The notes: generated by a model not told the origin, from the letters alone. A stretch of 64,000 nt of DNA from Terriglobia bacterium (GCA_963748015.1 CAVVHE010000008.1:844630-908629), one strand, 5' to 3'; positions 18,830 to 29,292 are shown, counted from the stretch's first letter. Program-made: numbers and translations.

Positions 18830-19510
18830 TCAGCGCTCCACCGTCCAGCGGAGATACACTTCGTCGCCGTGAGCCTCGCAGCTCGCGAGCCGGAGGCGCC
18901 GCCGGGCGTCCATGGAGAGCCCCTCGCCCTCGAGGAGGGTGGGTGCGAGGCGCCCGCCGAGCAGGCTCGGCGCGACGGTCACGTGGATCTCGTCCAGGAG
19001 GTCCGCCTCGACGAATCCCCAGTTCAGCTCGCCGCCTCCCTCGACGAGCAGGCGCTCGACGCCCCGCTCGCGCAGGCGGCCAACCAGCTCGACGAGGTCC
19101 ACGCGCCCGCGGCCGACTTTCCACACCTCGCAGCGGCCCTCGAGTGTCGCCAGCCGGGCGGCCGGAGCGTCCTCCACCGTCGCCACGATCCTGACGGCGG
19201 CGTGCGCGTCGCGGAAGAAAGCGGAACCCGGGTCGAGGTCGGCGCTCGCGGTCACGACGACGTTGAGGAGGCCGTCGGGCTTGCCGAGGGACCGGCGGAA
19301 AGCCCGCATCTCGGGATCCCGCACGTGCAGCGGAGGATCGTCCGCCCGGAGCGTGCCGGCGCCGACCAGGACCGCGTCCGCCTCCGCCCGGATCCGGTCC
19401 ATCGTCTTCCGGTCCCGGGCCGAGGTGAAGGTGGGGTACTCCCGCGAGGCCGACGTGATCTTGCCGTCGGCCGTCATGGCCATGTTCATCGTCACGAACG
19501 GGCGCTTCAA
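18830..19510 (-). CDS. RibD C-terminal (pyrimidine reductase/DHFR-like) protein
   Basis: [27 protein letters not shown] and [13 protein letters not shown] start inferred. Confidence 0.88.
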   Translation of the reverse strand: MKRPFVTMNMAMTADGKITSASREYPTFTSARDRKTMDRIRAEADAVLVGAGTLRADDPPLHVRDPEMRAFRRSLGKPDGLLNVVVTASADLDPGSAFFRDAHAAVRIVATVEDAPAARLATLEGRCEVWKVGRGRVDLVELVGRLRERGVERLLVEGGGELNWGFVEADLLDEIHVTVAPSLLGGRLAPTLLEGEGLSMDARRRLRLASCEAHGDEVYLRWTVER

Positions 19511-19651
19511 GTTCTCTCCCCCGGGCGCGATTATTCTACCCCCGCCCGCCATGAAACACGCTCCCGCCGGGTGCGTAATGAAGGATCCGGCAACCGGGCT
19601 TGCGCCGCGGACGGAGGGTTCGTGCGCGCGCCCGAGGTCATGGAGGCGTCG

Positions 19652-22414
19652 ATGTTCCTGCGCAGATTGATCCTGATCTTCCTGTTGGTCGCCGCCGTCG
19701 CCGGCGGGCCCGCGCTGGCGGCCCCGGCTCCGGAGGCCGCGAAAGGCCTCGCTTCGGGGATCGACATCCCGTACCAGAAGTTCGTGCTGCCGAACGGCTT
19801 GACCCTCATCGTCCACGAGGACCACAAGGCGCCGATCGTCGCGGTGAACGTCTGGTACCACGTGGGGTCGAAGAACGAGAAGCCGGGGCGGACCGGGTTC
19901 GCGCACCTCTTCGAGCACCTCATGTTCAACGGGACCGAGAACTACAACGACGACTATTTCAAGGTGCTCGAGAAGGTCGGCGCCACCGACCTCAACGGCA
20001 CGACCAACGAGGACCGCACCAACTATTTCGAGAACGTCCCGATCTCGGCCCTCGACACGGTGCTCTGGATGGAGTCGGACCGCATGGGGCACCTCGTCGG
20101 CGCGATCGACCAGGGCAGGCTGGACGAGCAGCGCGGCGTCGTCCAGAACGAGAAGAGGCAGAGCGACAACGAGCCGTACAGCCTGGACGAGGAGGCGATC
20201 GCCAAGAGCTGCTTCCCCGCGGGACACCCGTACTCCTGGACGGTGATCGGCTCCCTGGAGGACCTCGGCGCGGCGAAGCTCGAGGACGTCCACGAGTGGT
20301 TCAAGTCGTATTACGGAGCCGCCAACGCCGTGCTGGCGGTCGCGGGGGACATCGACCCCAAGGTGATCAAGGAGAAGGTCGAGAAGTACTTCGGGGACAT
20401 TCCCTCGGGACCGCCCGTGTCCCGTCCCGTGGCCTGGATCGCGAAGCGGACCGGCTCGCAGCGCCAGGTCGCCCAGGACCGCGTGCCCCAGGCGCGGCTC
20501 TACAAGGTCTGGAACGTCCCCGAGCGCACCTCCGCGGACGCCGACTACCTCGAGCTGGCCGCCTCCGTGCTGGCCTCGGGGAAGAGCTCGCGGCTGTTCA
20601 AGCGCCTCGTGTACGACGACCAGATCGCGACGTCGGTTCAGGCCTTCGTGGACCGGCGGGAGATCGCGGGGCTGTTCATGATCATGGCGACGGCGAAGCC
20701 GGGCGGCGACCTCGCGAAGGTCGAGAAGGCGGTTGACGAGGAGCTCGCCCGCTTCCTCAAGGACGGACCGACCGCGGAGGAGCTGAAGCGCGCCAAGACC
20801 GAGCGTCTCGCCGGCTTCGTGCGCGGGGTCGAGCGGATCGGCGGCTTCGGCGGCAAGTCGGACGTCCTGGCGATGAGCCAGGTCTACATCGGCACCCCCG
20901 ATGCGTGGAAGATCTATCTCGGCCGGCTCGAGGGCGCGTCGGAGGCGGAGGTGCGCGGCGCCTCGGCGCGGTGGCTGTCCGACGGCGTCTACGCCCTCGA
21001 GATCCACCCGTTCCCCGAGTACACCGCGTCGAAGTCCACGGTGGACCGGTCGAAGGTCCCCACCCCGGGACCCACGCCGGACGCGTCGTTCCCCGAGATG
21101 AAGAAGGCCACCCTCTCGAACGGCCTGAAGCTCGTCGTGGCCGAGCGCCACTCGATCCCGGTCGTCGACTTCAACCTGATCCTCGACGCGGGGTACGCCT
21201 CGGACAGCTTCGCCGTGCCCGGCCTCGCGAGGCTCGCGATGGAGATGCTCGACGAGGGGACGAAGACCCGGGACGCGCTGGGCATCAGCGACCAGCTGGC
21301 CGGCCTCGGCGCGAGGCTCAACACCGGGTCGGACCTCGACACCTCGTCGGTCACGCTCTCCGCTCTCAAGGCGAACCTCGATCCGTCGCTCGGGATCTTC
21401 GCGGACGTGGTCTTGAACCCCTCGTTCCCGCAGGCCGATCTCGACCGGCTGAAGAGGCAGCAGATCGCGAGGATCCAGTCCGAAAAGGTCCAGCCGCAGA
21501 GCATGGCGCTGAGGGTCTTCCCGAAGCTGCTCTTCGGGGCGGACCACGCCTACGGCACGCCCTTCACCGGCTCCGGCTTCGAGAAGACCGTGGCCGGGCT
21601 CACGCGGGACGATCTGGTGAAGTTCCACGGGACGTGGTTCAAGCCGAACCACGCCGCGATCGTCGTGGTGGGCGACACGACCCTCGCCGAGATCCAGCCG
21701 AAGCTGGAGGCGCTGTTCGGCGGCTGGAAGGGGGGCGACGTCCCGAAGAAGAATCTCCGGGAAGTGAAGCAGCAGCCGAAGCAGGTCGTGTACCTGATCG
21801 ACCGGCCGGGCTCGGTGCAATCGATGGTGATCGCCGGCCACGTGGCGCCCCCCAAGGCGAACCCCGACGAGATCGCCATCGAGGCGCTGAACCGGGTCCT
21901 CGGAGGGAGCTTCACGTCGCGGATCAACATGAACATCCGCGAGGACAAGCACTGGAGCTACGGCGCGGGCAGCCAGGTCGTCCCGGCCAGCGGGCAGCGG
22001 CCGTACGTCGTCTTCGCTCCCGTCCAGTCCGACAAGACGAAGGAGACGCTGGCGGAGATCTCGAAGGAGCTGAGGGGCCCGCTGGGACCGCGGCCGGTGA
22101 CGGCGGACGAGCTCGAGAAGGCCCGGGACGGACTCACCCTCTCGCTGCCGGGAAGGTGGGAGACCGGAAGGGCGGTCGGAGCCTCGATCGCGGAGATCCT
22201 GCGGTTCGGGCTGCCGGACAACTACTTCGCCACGTATCCGAACAAGGTCCGCGCCCTGACCGTGGCCAACGAGGCGGCGGCGGCGCAGAAGCTGCTGCAC
22301 CCCGACTCGGTCATCTGGGTCGTCGTCGGCGACCGCGCCAAGATCGAGGGGCCGATTCGCGAGCTGGGGCTCGGCGAGATCAAGTTCCTCGACGCCGACG
22401 GGAATCCGCTCTGA
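19652..22414 (+). CDS. Secreted M16 (insulinase/pitrilysin) zinc peptidase
   Basis: Signal peptide, [11 protein letters not shown] (HxxEH), second M16 half lacking the motif, and GGAGG RBS. Confidence 0.95.
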   Translation: MFLRRLILIFLLVAAVAGGPALAAPAPEAAKGLASGIDIPYQKFVLPNGLTLIVHEDHKAPIVAVNVWYHVGSKNEKPGRTGFAHLFEHLMFNGTENYNDDYFKVLEKVGATDLNGTTNEDRTNYFENVPISALDTVLWMESDRMGHLVGAIDQGRLDEQRGVVQNEKRQSDNEPYSLDEEAIAKSCFPAGHPYSWTVIGSLEDLGAAKLEDVHEWFKSYYGAANAVLAVAGDIDPKVIKEKVEKYFGDIPSGPPVSRPVAWIAKRTGSQRQVAQDRVPQARLYKVWNVPERTSADADYLELAASVLASGKSSRLFKRLVYDDQIATSVQAFVDRREIAGLFMIMATAKPGGDLAKVEKAVDEELARFLKDGPTAEELKRAKTERLAGFVRGVERIGGFGGKSDVLAMSQVYIGTPDAWKIYLGRLEGASEAEVRGASARWLSDGVYALEIHPFPEYTASKSTVDRSKVPTPGPTPDASFPEMKKATLSNGLKLVVAERHSIPVVDFNLILDAGYASDSFAVPGLARLAMEMLDEGTKTRDALGISDQLAGLGARLNTGSDLDTSSVTLSALKANLDPSLGIFADVVLNPSFPQADLDRLKRQQIARIQSEKVQPQSMALRVFPKLLFGADHAYGTPFTGSGFEKTVAGLTRDDLVKFHGTWFKPNHAAIVVVGDTTLAEIQPKLEALFGGWKGGDVPKKNLREVKQQPKQVVYLIDRPGSVQSMVIAGHVAPPKANPDEIAIEALNRVLGGSFTSRINMNIREDKHWSYGAGSQVVPASGQRPYVVFAPVQSDKTKETLAEISKELRGPLGPRPVTADELEKARDGLTLSLPGRWETGRAVGASIAEILRFGLPDNYFATYPNKVRALTVANEAAAAQKLLHPDSVIWVVVGDRAKIEGPIRELGLGEIKFLDADGNPL

Positions 22415-22427
22415 GCTCGATGCACGG

Positions 22428-22461
22428 GGACGCCCCGCTCCCGCGAGGGGGCGGGGCGTCC
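22428..22461 (+). terminator. GC-rich stem-loop after the M16 gene
   Basis: GGACGCCCCGCTCCC-GCGA-GGGGGCGGGGCGTCC. The U-tract is weak. Confidence 0.55.
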
Positions 22462-22534
22462 GTCTCTCGGGCCCTCCGGCTGCGCTAACATGGCGGCGCG
22501 ACTCGAGGCACCCGGGCCGCGAGAGGAGGGGGAA

Positions 22535-23143
22535 ATGAGCGGGCTTCCGGCACGGGACGAGGCGATGGCGCTGCTCCGCGAGCACACGAAGGGGCCGGGG
22601 CTCCTCAAGCACGCGATGGCCGTCGAGGCCGCGCTCCGCGCGCACGCCCGGCGGCTCGGGAAGGACGAGCACGCCTGGGGGCTCGTGGGGCTGCTGCACG
22701 ACTTCGACTACGAGCGCTGGCCCGATGCCGAGAACCACCCCTGGCGGGGCGTGGAGATCCTCGAGAAGCTCGGCTACCCGGACTGGTTCCGCCGGGCGGT
22801 CCTCTCGCACGCGTCGTACACCGGCGTCACGCGGGAGACGGATCTCGAGAAGGCCCTCTGCGCCTGCGACGAGCTGTGCGGCTTCGTCACCGCCTGCACG
22901 CTCGTCATCCCGTCGAAGTCGCTGCACGATCTCAAGGTCTCGTCGGTTCGAAAGAGGATGAAGGACAAGGCGTTCGCCCGCGCGGTGAACCGCGACGAGA
23001 TCGTCGAGGGGGCCGCGCTCCTGGGGATGGAGCTCGAGGCCCACATCGCGTTCGTCCTCGACGCGATGAGAGGGGTCGCGGACGACCTGGGCCTCGCCGG
23101 CGCCGCCGCGTCCGGTGGCGGAGGCGCGCCCGCGGGGGAGTAG
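22535..23143 (+). CDS. HD/HDIG-domain metal-dependent phosphohydrolase
   Basis: KHAMAVE, LLHDFDYE, LSH, CDELCGF and KDKAFARAVNR. Confidence 0.88.
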   Translation: MSGLPARDEAMALLREHTKGPGLLKHAMAVEAALRAHARRLGKDEHAWGLVGLLHDFDYERWPDAENHPWRGVEILEKLGYPDWFRRAVLSHASYTGVTRETDLEKALCACDELCGFVTACTLVIPSKSLHDLKVSSVRKRMKDKAFARAVNRDEIVEGAALLGMELEAHIAFVLDAMRGVADDLGLAGAAASGGGGAPAGE

Positions 23144-23189
23144 AATCCGCCCGATCGGAGCGGCTCCGTCCCGGCCCAAGGGTACCGCC

Positions 23190-24512
23190 ATGCTCGAGAG
23201 GATCTTCCGGCTCAGCGAGAGCGGCACGACCGTCCGGATCGAGGTCCTCGGCGGCGTGACCACGTTCATGACGATGTCGTACATCGTCTTCGTCAACCCG
23301 GCGGTCCTCTCCCAGGCCGGGATGGACTTCGGCGCGGTGATGGCCGCCACCTGCCTCTCGGCGGGCCTGGCCACCTGGGTCATGGGCCTCCTGGCGAACT
23401 ACCCGATCGCGATGGCGCCGGCGATGGGAGAGAACTTCTTCTTTCTCACGGTGGTCGTCGGGATGGGAGTGCCGTGGCAGGTCGTCCTCGCCGCGGTCTT
23501 CCTCTCCGGGGTCGCGTTCTTCCTGCTCACCTTCCTCCGCCTGCGGGAGATGATCATCGACGCGGTGCCGCGAAGCCTGAAGCACGCGATCGCCGCCGGG
23601 ATCGGCCTGTTCATCGCGTTCATCGGGCTGATGAACGCGGGGATCGTCGAGAAGCCGGCAGGGGGCGGGATCCTCCACTTGGCACCGCTCGGCCGGCCGC
23701 CCGCGCTCGTGGCCTGCGCGGGGCTCGCCGTGACCGTGGCGCTCATGGCCCGGAAGGTGAAGGGCGCGATCCTCCTCGGCATCGTGGCGGCCACGGCGAT
23801 CGCGTGGGGCGCCGGGCTCGTGGAGTGGCAGGGGCTCTTCGCCGCGCCGCCTTCCCTCGCTCCCACGGCGTTCCGTCTCGACCTCGCCGCGGCGCTCGAC
23901 CCTCGGATGATCCACGTGGTGGTCCTCTTCCTGTTCATGGCGGTGTTCGACGCGATCGGGACGCTGATCGGCATCGGCGAGCAGGGCGGGTTCCTTCGCG
24001 ACGGGAAGCTCCCCCGCGCGACCCGCGCCCTCATGGCCGATTCGTCCGGGACCGTCGTCGGCTCGCTTCTCGGCACCTCCACGGTGACCGCCTACATCGA
24101 GAGCGCGACCGGGGTCGAGGCGGGGGCGCGGACCGGCCTCGCGAACATGGTGACCGGCTCGCTGTTCTTTCTCGCGCTCTTCATGGCCCCCCTCGTTCGC
24201 ATGGTGGGGGGCGGGGTCCCGGTGGACGGGGGCGCCGTCCTTCAGCCCCTGACCGCCCCCGCGCTCATCGTGGTGGGCAGCCTGATGGCGCGGAACCTCC
24301 AGCGCGTCGACTGGTCGGACGTCACCGAATCGTTTCCCGCGTTCCTGGTGCTGGTGGGAATCCCGTTCAGCTGGTCGATCGCCGACGGCATCGCCTTCGG
24401 CTTCATCGCGTACCCGGCGCTCAAGCTGCTGTCCGGCCGGCCCCGCGAGGCCTCGTGGCTCGTGTACGCCCTGGGCGCTTTGTTCGTCCTGCGGTACGCC
24501 CTGATCGGATAG
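23190..24512 (+). CDS. NCS2/AzgA-family purine permease
   Basis: TTFMTMSYIVFVNP, APAMGEN, FDAIGT and YIESATGVEAGARTGL. Confidence 0.93.
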   Translation: MLERIFRLSESGTTVRIEVLGGVTTFMTMSYIVFVNPAVLSQAGMDFGAVMAATCLSAGLATWVMGLLANYPIAMAPAMGENFFFLTVVVGMGVPWQVVLAAVFLSGVAFFLLTFLRLREMIIDAVPRSLKHAIAAGIGLFIAFIGLMNAGIVEKPAGGGILHLAPLGRPPALVACAGLAVTVALMARKVKGAILLGIVAATAIAWGAGLVEWQGLFAAPPSLAPTAFRLDLAAALDPRMIHVVVLFLFMAVFDAIGTLIGIGEQGGFLRDGKLPRATRALMADSSGTVVGSLLGTSTVTAYIESATGVEAGARTGLANMVTGSLFFLALFMAPLVRMVGGGVPVDGGAVLQPLTAPALIVVGSLMARNLQRVDWSDVTESFPAFLVLVGIPFSWSIADGIAFGFIAYPALKLLSGRPREASWLVYALGALFVLRYALIG

Positions 24513-25130
24513 TCAGCTCAAGGCCATCGTCCAGAACGCGAGCCTGTTCTCGATCAGCCGGCGGAACGCCTCGTCCACGACGGCGAGTTCCTTCGGCGTG
24601 GCGGCCGCGAGAGCGCGATTCGCCGCCCTCTCCAGCGGCTTGGGCCAGTCGAGCGAGCGAATCTCATTCCAGTGGCTGAGGAGCTCCCGGTTGGGTACCG
24701 GGCGACGATTCCTCGGTTTCCACGCCACCGAGGTGATGAGGAGATCGCCCCAGCAAACGACGAGGCCCACCACGTAGGGCTGGAGCGCGAGGGCCGTGTG
24801 AAAGGCGATCTGGCTCCGGACGACCGGGTTGACGGGCGCATCGGGATCGATGCCCCGCCTTTTCATCCACGCGTCGATCCAGCAAAGCTCGGCCTGCATG
24901 GAAGTCAAGACGTCGAGAAGGACCTCGCGGTCGGCCCGCGGCGCCACGGCGAGCAGCCGGCTCACGAGGGAGAACAGGCTGCTCAACCGCGCGCGCCCCG
25001 CGACGATCCACCGAGCGAGGCGCTCGTGCTCGATGATCCCGTCGTGCAAGCCGCTCACGAACGGGTTCTCGACGGCGATCCGCCAGGCGTGCCGGTTCTT
25101 CCTGATCAGTTCTCGGGCCGTCGGCGCCAT
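24513..25130 (-). CDS. TenA-like (heme oxygenase fold) protein, divergent
   Basis: W...NPFV..L.DG, EL.W and E.RLAFWTMA patterns typical of TenA/THI-4. Confidence 0.65.
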   Translation of the reverse strand: MAPTARELIRKNRHAWRIAVENPFVSGLHDGIIEHERLARWIVAGRARLSSLFSLVSRLLAVAPRADREVLLDVLTSMQAELCWIDAWMKRRGIDPDAPVNPVVRSQIAFHTALALQPYVVGLVVCWGDLLITSVAWKPRNRRPVPNRELLSHWNEIRSLDWPKPLERAANRALAAATPKELAVVDEAFRRLIENRLAFWTMALS

Positions 25131-25155
25131 TTCTCCTCCGTTCCAGCAAGCGGTG

Positions 25156-25620
25156 TCAGCCGGGCGGCTGGTTTCCCCGTCCGCGGCACTTCGAGCAAAG
25201 GCCTCCCATCTCGAGCCGCACGACCGAGGGCTTGAATCCGGTCTCCTTCTCCACCTTCCGCTTGAGGTCCTCCCAGAACGATCCGCCGGGCTCCTCCACT
25301 CCGCCGCAGGACGTGCAGACGAGGTGGATGTGCAGCGTGCTCGGGCGGACCTCGTAGAAGTGGCGCTCCCCGGTGACGTGCATCAGGTCCAGCTCGTCGA
25401 CGAGCCCGAGCCGCTTCAGCCGGTTCAAGGTGCGGTAGACCGTGGCGCGGTGGATGCCGGGGTCCCGCTTCCGCGCGAGACGGAACACGGACTCGGCGTC
25501 GAGGTGCCCGCGAGACTCGTCGAGCAGCTCCGCGAGCAGCCGTCTCTGCCCAGTGAGCCTCACTCCCCGGGCCTTCATCCGCTCGAGCAGGGTCCCGCCG
25601 GTCTCCGCTTCCCGCATCAC
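25156..25620 (-). CDS. Fur-family transcriptional regulator
   Basis: RLTGQR, HLDAE, ATVYRTL, HIHLVCTSCG and a C-terminal CSKC. Confidence 0.92.
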   Translation of the reverse strand: MMREAETGGTLLERMKARGVRLTGQRRLLAELLDESRGHLDAESVFRLARKRDPGIHRATVYRTLNRLKRLGLVDELDLMHVTGERHFYEVRPSTLHIHLVCTSCGGVEEPGGSFWEDLKRKVEKETGFKPSVVRLEMGGLCSKCRGRGNQPPG

Positions 25621-25630
25621 GCGTCCACGC

Positions 25631-26116
25631 TCACGACAGCTTGTAGCCGATCTTGCGGAGGAAGCCGATCCGGTGCGCCCGGTCCTCCGCCGTCTCGATC
25701 CCCTTCGGCGACGCGCCGTCCACCACGCCGAGGATCGCCCTCCCCCCGTCGTGCTCCGCCAGGACCACCGTCGTCGGGTTCGCGGTGGCGCAGTAGATCC
25801 GGCAGACCTCCGGCACGGTCTTCAGCGTGTTCAGGACGTTCACCGGAAACGCGTTCTCGAGGAACAGGATGAACGAGTGTCCCGCGCCGATCGCCGAGGC
25901 GTTCCTCGCGGCGAGGTCCTGCAGCCGCTCGTCGTTCCCGCTCACCCGGACGAGGCACGGGCCCGACGCCTCGCAGAACGCCACGCCGAACTTCGCGGAC
26001 GGCACCGTGGACACGACAGCCTCGTGGACGTCCTCCACGGTCTTGATGAAGTGGGACTGGCCGAGCACGAAGTTCATGTCGGCGGGCTTGTCGATCGTCA
26101 CGGTCAGCAGGTTCAT
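25631..26116 (-). CDS. Adenosine-specific kinase family protein (DUF355)
   Basis: GQSHFIKTVED, FCEASG, GAGHSF, CATANP, GVVDG and IGYKL. Confidence 0.9.
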   Translation of the reverse strand: MNLLTVTIDKPADMNFVLGQSHFIKTVEDVHEAVVSTVPSAKFGVAFCEASGPCLVRVSGNDERLQDLAARNASAIGAGHSFILFLENAFPVNVLNTLKTVPEVCRIYCATANPTTVVLAEHDGGRAILGVVDGASPKGIETAEDRAHRIGFLRKIGYKLS

Positions 26117-26189
26117 CGCCGCCTCCCTGTCCCGGTATCCTATCGCGGTTTGCCGCGGCGGCACTCCCAGCCGGGCCCTACCGGAAGGC

Positions 26190-26336
26190 TCGCGCGGGAC
26201 GGGAGGCCTTTCCCGGGGGCCTGTTTCGCGCTGCGAGGACCCACCGGACCGGAGCCGCGCGAAACCGGAGCGAGAGCGGCCGACGCCGCGTCGGCCGCAC
26301 GAGCGTCCCCCGGGAAAGGCCTCCCGTCCCGCGCGA
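26190..26336. repeat. ~147-bp palindromic element with perfect 30-bp terminal inverted repeat
   Basis: 26190-26219 is the exact reverse complement of 26307-26336. The interior is homologous to the element at 44474-44625. Confidence 0.85.
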
Positions 26337-26373
26337 CGCCGCTGCCGGCATCGTCGGCCGGCCGGCGCCCGCC

Positions 26374-27681
26374 TCAAGCCTGCGGAGGCTCCGGGGGATG
26401 AACGAGCAGGCGCAGGATGCGGCGGCCTCGGACGCGGGTCACCTCGACGCGGCGCCCGCCGAGCGTCACGACGTCCCCGGCCTTCGCGATCCTCCCGAGG
26501 CGGGCGATGGCCAGCCCGCCCAGCGAGTCCACCTCCTCGTCCACGTCCTCACGGATCCCCAGCTTTTCCTCGATGTCGTCGAGCGGAAGCGAGGCGTCCA
26601 CCGAGACTCGCCCACCGCCGACGTCCAGGACCTTGGGCGGCTCCTGGTCGAACTCGTCCTGGATCTCGCCCGTCAGCTCCTCCAGCACGTCCTCGAGCGT
26701 GATGATTCCCGAGGTGCCGCCGTACTCGTCCAGGACGACTCCGAGATGGAGGTGCTGCTTCTGGAAGATCGCGAGCGCCTTCTCGAGCCGGAGGCTCTCG
26801 GGGAGGAGCAGCGGCTCGCGCGCAACCGCCTTCAGGTCCGCGTCCTCCCGGGACCTGGGGGGAGACAGGAACAGGTCCTTGATGTTCACGACGCCGAGCA
26901 CGTGGTCGAGGTCTCCGTCGCAAAGAGGGTATCGGGTGTGGCCGCCCATCCGGGCCACGGCGAGGTTCGCGGCGTACGGCCGGTTCGCGTCGAGAAAGAC
27001 GACGTCGCCTCGCGGCACCATGACCTGACGCACCGTCCGGTCGGCGAAGTCCAGCGCGTTCTCGAGAAGCCTGGCGTGGGTCGCGGAGATCTCCCCGGCC
27101 GCGTGGCTGCCGGCGAGAACGATGCGCAGCTCCTCTTCGCTGTGCGCCTCGGAGCCGGCCGCAGGGGGAGTGAGCCCGAGCGCCCGGACGGTGATCCCCG
27201 CCGCGCGGTTGAGAACCTCGATTAGCGGGTAGAAAGCGACGTGGAAGATCCGGATCGGCCACGAGACGAGCAGGGCGACCGCTTCGGGCCGTTCCAAGGC
27301 GAGGGTCTTGGGAGCCAGCTCGCCGATCACCACGTGAAGCACGGTGATCAGCAGGAACGCCGCGGTCAGCGCGGCCGAGTGAACCGCGAGGCTCCTTTCC
27401 GGACCCCCGCCCGCGAAGAGGGGCTCGAACAGCCGCGCGAAGGCGGGCTCGCCGACCCACCCGAGGCCGAGCGAGGCGAGGGTGATCCCGAGCTGGCAGG
27501 CGGACAGATACGCGTTGAGGTCGGAGATGACCACTCGGACCGCCGTTGCCCTCTTGAGCCCGCCGTCCACCAGCTCCTGGATCCTGGAGTGACGGACCTT
27601 GACGATGGCGAACTCGGTGGCCACGAAGAAGGCGTTCAGCAGGACGAGGCCGATCGCGAGGAGTATGGCAAGTGTCGTCAT
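26374..27681 (-). CDS. HlyC/CorC (CNNM-CBS-CorC) family transporter
   Basis: NAFFVATEFA, QLGITLASLGLG, GELAPK, VMVPR, DEYGGTSG and EIQDEFD. Confidence 0.94.
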   Translation of the reverse strand: MTTLAILLAIGLVLLNAFFVATEFAIVKVRHSRIQELVDGGLKRATAVRVVISDLNAYLSACQLGITLASLGLGWVGEPAFARLFEPLFAGGGPERSLAVHSAALTAAFLLITVLHVVIGELAPKTLALERPEAVALLVSWPIRIFHVAFYPLIEVLNRAAGITVRALGLTPPAAGSEAHSEEELRIVLAGSHAAGEISATHARLLENALDFADRTVRQVMVPRGDVVFLDANRPYAANLAVARMGGHTRYPLCDGDLDHVLGVVNIKDLFLSPPRSREDADLKAVAREPLLLPESLRLEKALAIFQKQHLHLGVVLDEYGGTSGIITLEDVLEELTGEIQDEFDQEPPKVLDVGGGRVSVDASLPLDDIEEKLGIREDVDEEVDSLGGLAIARLGRIAKAGDVVTLGGRRVEVTRVRGRRILRLLVHPPEPPQA

Positions 27682-27768
27682 CTTGTGGCGCCGCGGCACA
27701 CCGAGCTGCCGGCGGCTCACCCAGTATACTTCGGAAGGAACAGCCCAAATCCGTCCTCTCTCGCTCCT

Positions 27769-27853
27769 CCACCGCTCGGACCAGGGGGACCGGGTTCTCG
27801 CCGACCCGAAAAAGGGTCGTCTGCGAACCCGGTCCCCCTGGTCCGAGCGGTGG
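27769..27853. repeat. 85-bp hairpin with perfect 29-bp arms
   Basis: CCACCGCTCGGACCAGGGGGACCGGGTTC and its exact reverse complement, with an inner GACCC/GGGTC stem. Confidence 0.85.
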
Positions 27854-27861
27854 GGCGGTGG

Positions 27862-29292
27862 TCAACGAACCGTGGTGGGCGTGCCGTCGGGCTCGAAGGG
27901 GCTGCCCTGCTCGAGGAACAGCCTGAGGCGCAGGATGACCTCCCGCGCGGAGCGCAGGTGCGTGGGATCGAAGGCGACGACGCGGTCGCGGTTCTGCGCG
28001 AGCCAGCGGGCGACGGACTCGACATCCACGTCGGGACCGGGGGGCGACGCGGGGCCGGGCTCGTTGGAGAAGAAGCGGGTTTCGAGGATGCGCTGGATCC
28101 GGGGGAGCCCGCCCCCGCGACGGCCGACGCCGACCCGGTCGAGGATCCTCCCTTCCCGCAGGAGGTAGGCCCACAGGACGAACGGGGGAGCCGCCGGTTC
28201 GAGGATCAGGATCGAGCGGAGGCGCTCCGCGTGCCTTCCGCGCGGGTGGATCTTGCGCTGGACGTTGCGCGCGGGCTTGCGGCGGCGAATCGCGGCGGCC
28301 TCGCGCAACACCGCCTCGAGGTCGGAGCCCACCGGCTCGAGCTCGATCCGGTGAAGGGCGTCCAGGAGGCCCTGGACTCGGGCCGGGCGGGAGCGCACCT
28401 CGCGGAAGTAGGAGCCGACGCGGGCGTGGAGGTTCCGGGACTTTCCGACGTACAGGAGCGTGCCGGCCGCATCGTAGAACCGGTAGGTGCCGGCGACGTG
28501 CGGAATCTCCGAGAGGAACTCCCGGTCGAAAGCGAAGCGCGCCCAGTCGGGCGGCGGGGCGCCGCGCCGGGAGGCCTCGCCGAGCGCCGCGAGATCCTCC
28601 CCCGGACGCCGCAGCGCCGCGAGGGCCGCGTCCGCGGTCTCGACGAGATCGAGCGGGTCGTCCGACTCGCGCCAGGGGAGCTTCAACCGCAGGGCCAGGT
28701 CCTCGAGATCGTGACGGGCCGGCAGGCCGAGCCGCTCCTGGGCGAGTCTGCGAAGCGACACCGGTTCGTCAAGGGGCTCGTCGAGCCAGCGCTCGAGCGC
28801 CGCGATCGCCCCCGGAGGATCGTGCAGGACGGGCACCGCTCCCTTCAGTATGTCTCGGACGGTGCGGCGGAGGCTCTCCCCCCGTCGCCCGGCGGTCGCG
28901 TCGGCGCAGCAGGCGGCCACGACGGCCTCCCCCTCGATGCGGATCGCGGCGACGTCTCGGAGGACGAACTCGGTCCTGCCGGACGGGATCCCTCCGCGGA
29001 CGATCAGGAGCACACGACCCGCTTCGGGAGCCGGAGGCGCGGGCGGCGCTTCGGCGGCACCGGTGCGCGGGGAACGAGCGGGCGCGGCGCGCCAGCCGCC
29101 ATCCCCGAAGGCGAGTCTCGAATCTCCGCCGAATGCGGCCTCGAGGAGGCGGCGCGCGACCTCCTCGTTCGCCACCCGTGTCCGGAGAACCGCGCGCGCC
29201 AGCTCCACGCTCCCGACGGACGCGTGCCGCTTGCGCAGGAACCGCGCTGCGCGCTCGGCCGCCAGCGATGCGGGTTTCGAGGTGAAGTTCAT
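27862..29292 (-). CDS. GIY-YIG (UvrC/Cho-like) nuclease with degenerate DnaQ-like N-terminal region
   Basis: GTYRFYD...LYVGKSRNL..RV.SYF, LEA.LREA and P.RN motifs. Confidence 0.8.
   Translation of the reverse strand: MNFTSKPASLAAERAARFLRKRHASVGSVELARAVLRTRVANEEVARRLLEAAFGGDSRLAFGDGGWRAAPARSPRTGAAEAPPAPPAPEAGRVLLIVRGGIPSGRTEFVLRDVAAIRIEGEAVVAACCADATAGRRGESLRRTVRDILKGAVPVLHDPPGAIAALERWLDEPLDEPVSLRRLAQERLGLPARHDLEDLALRLKLPWRESDDPLDLVETADAALAALRRPGEDLAALGEASRRGAPPPDWARFAFDREFLSEIPHVAGTYRFYDAAGTLLYVGKSRNLHARVGSYFREVRSRPARVQGLLDALHRIELEPVGSDLEAVLREAAAIRRRKPARNVQRKIHPRGRHAERLRSILILEPAAPPFVLWAYLLREGRILDRVGVGRRGGGLPRIQRILETRFFSNEPGPASPPGPDVDVESVARWLAQNRDRVVAFDPTHLRSAREVILRLRLFLEQGSPFEPDGTPTTVR

Noticed and set aside
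17795..23383. Giant overlapping ORFs of 1539 and 1517 aa
   Set aside because: High-GC antisense extensions of the real M16 (19652) and RibD-like (19510) genes.
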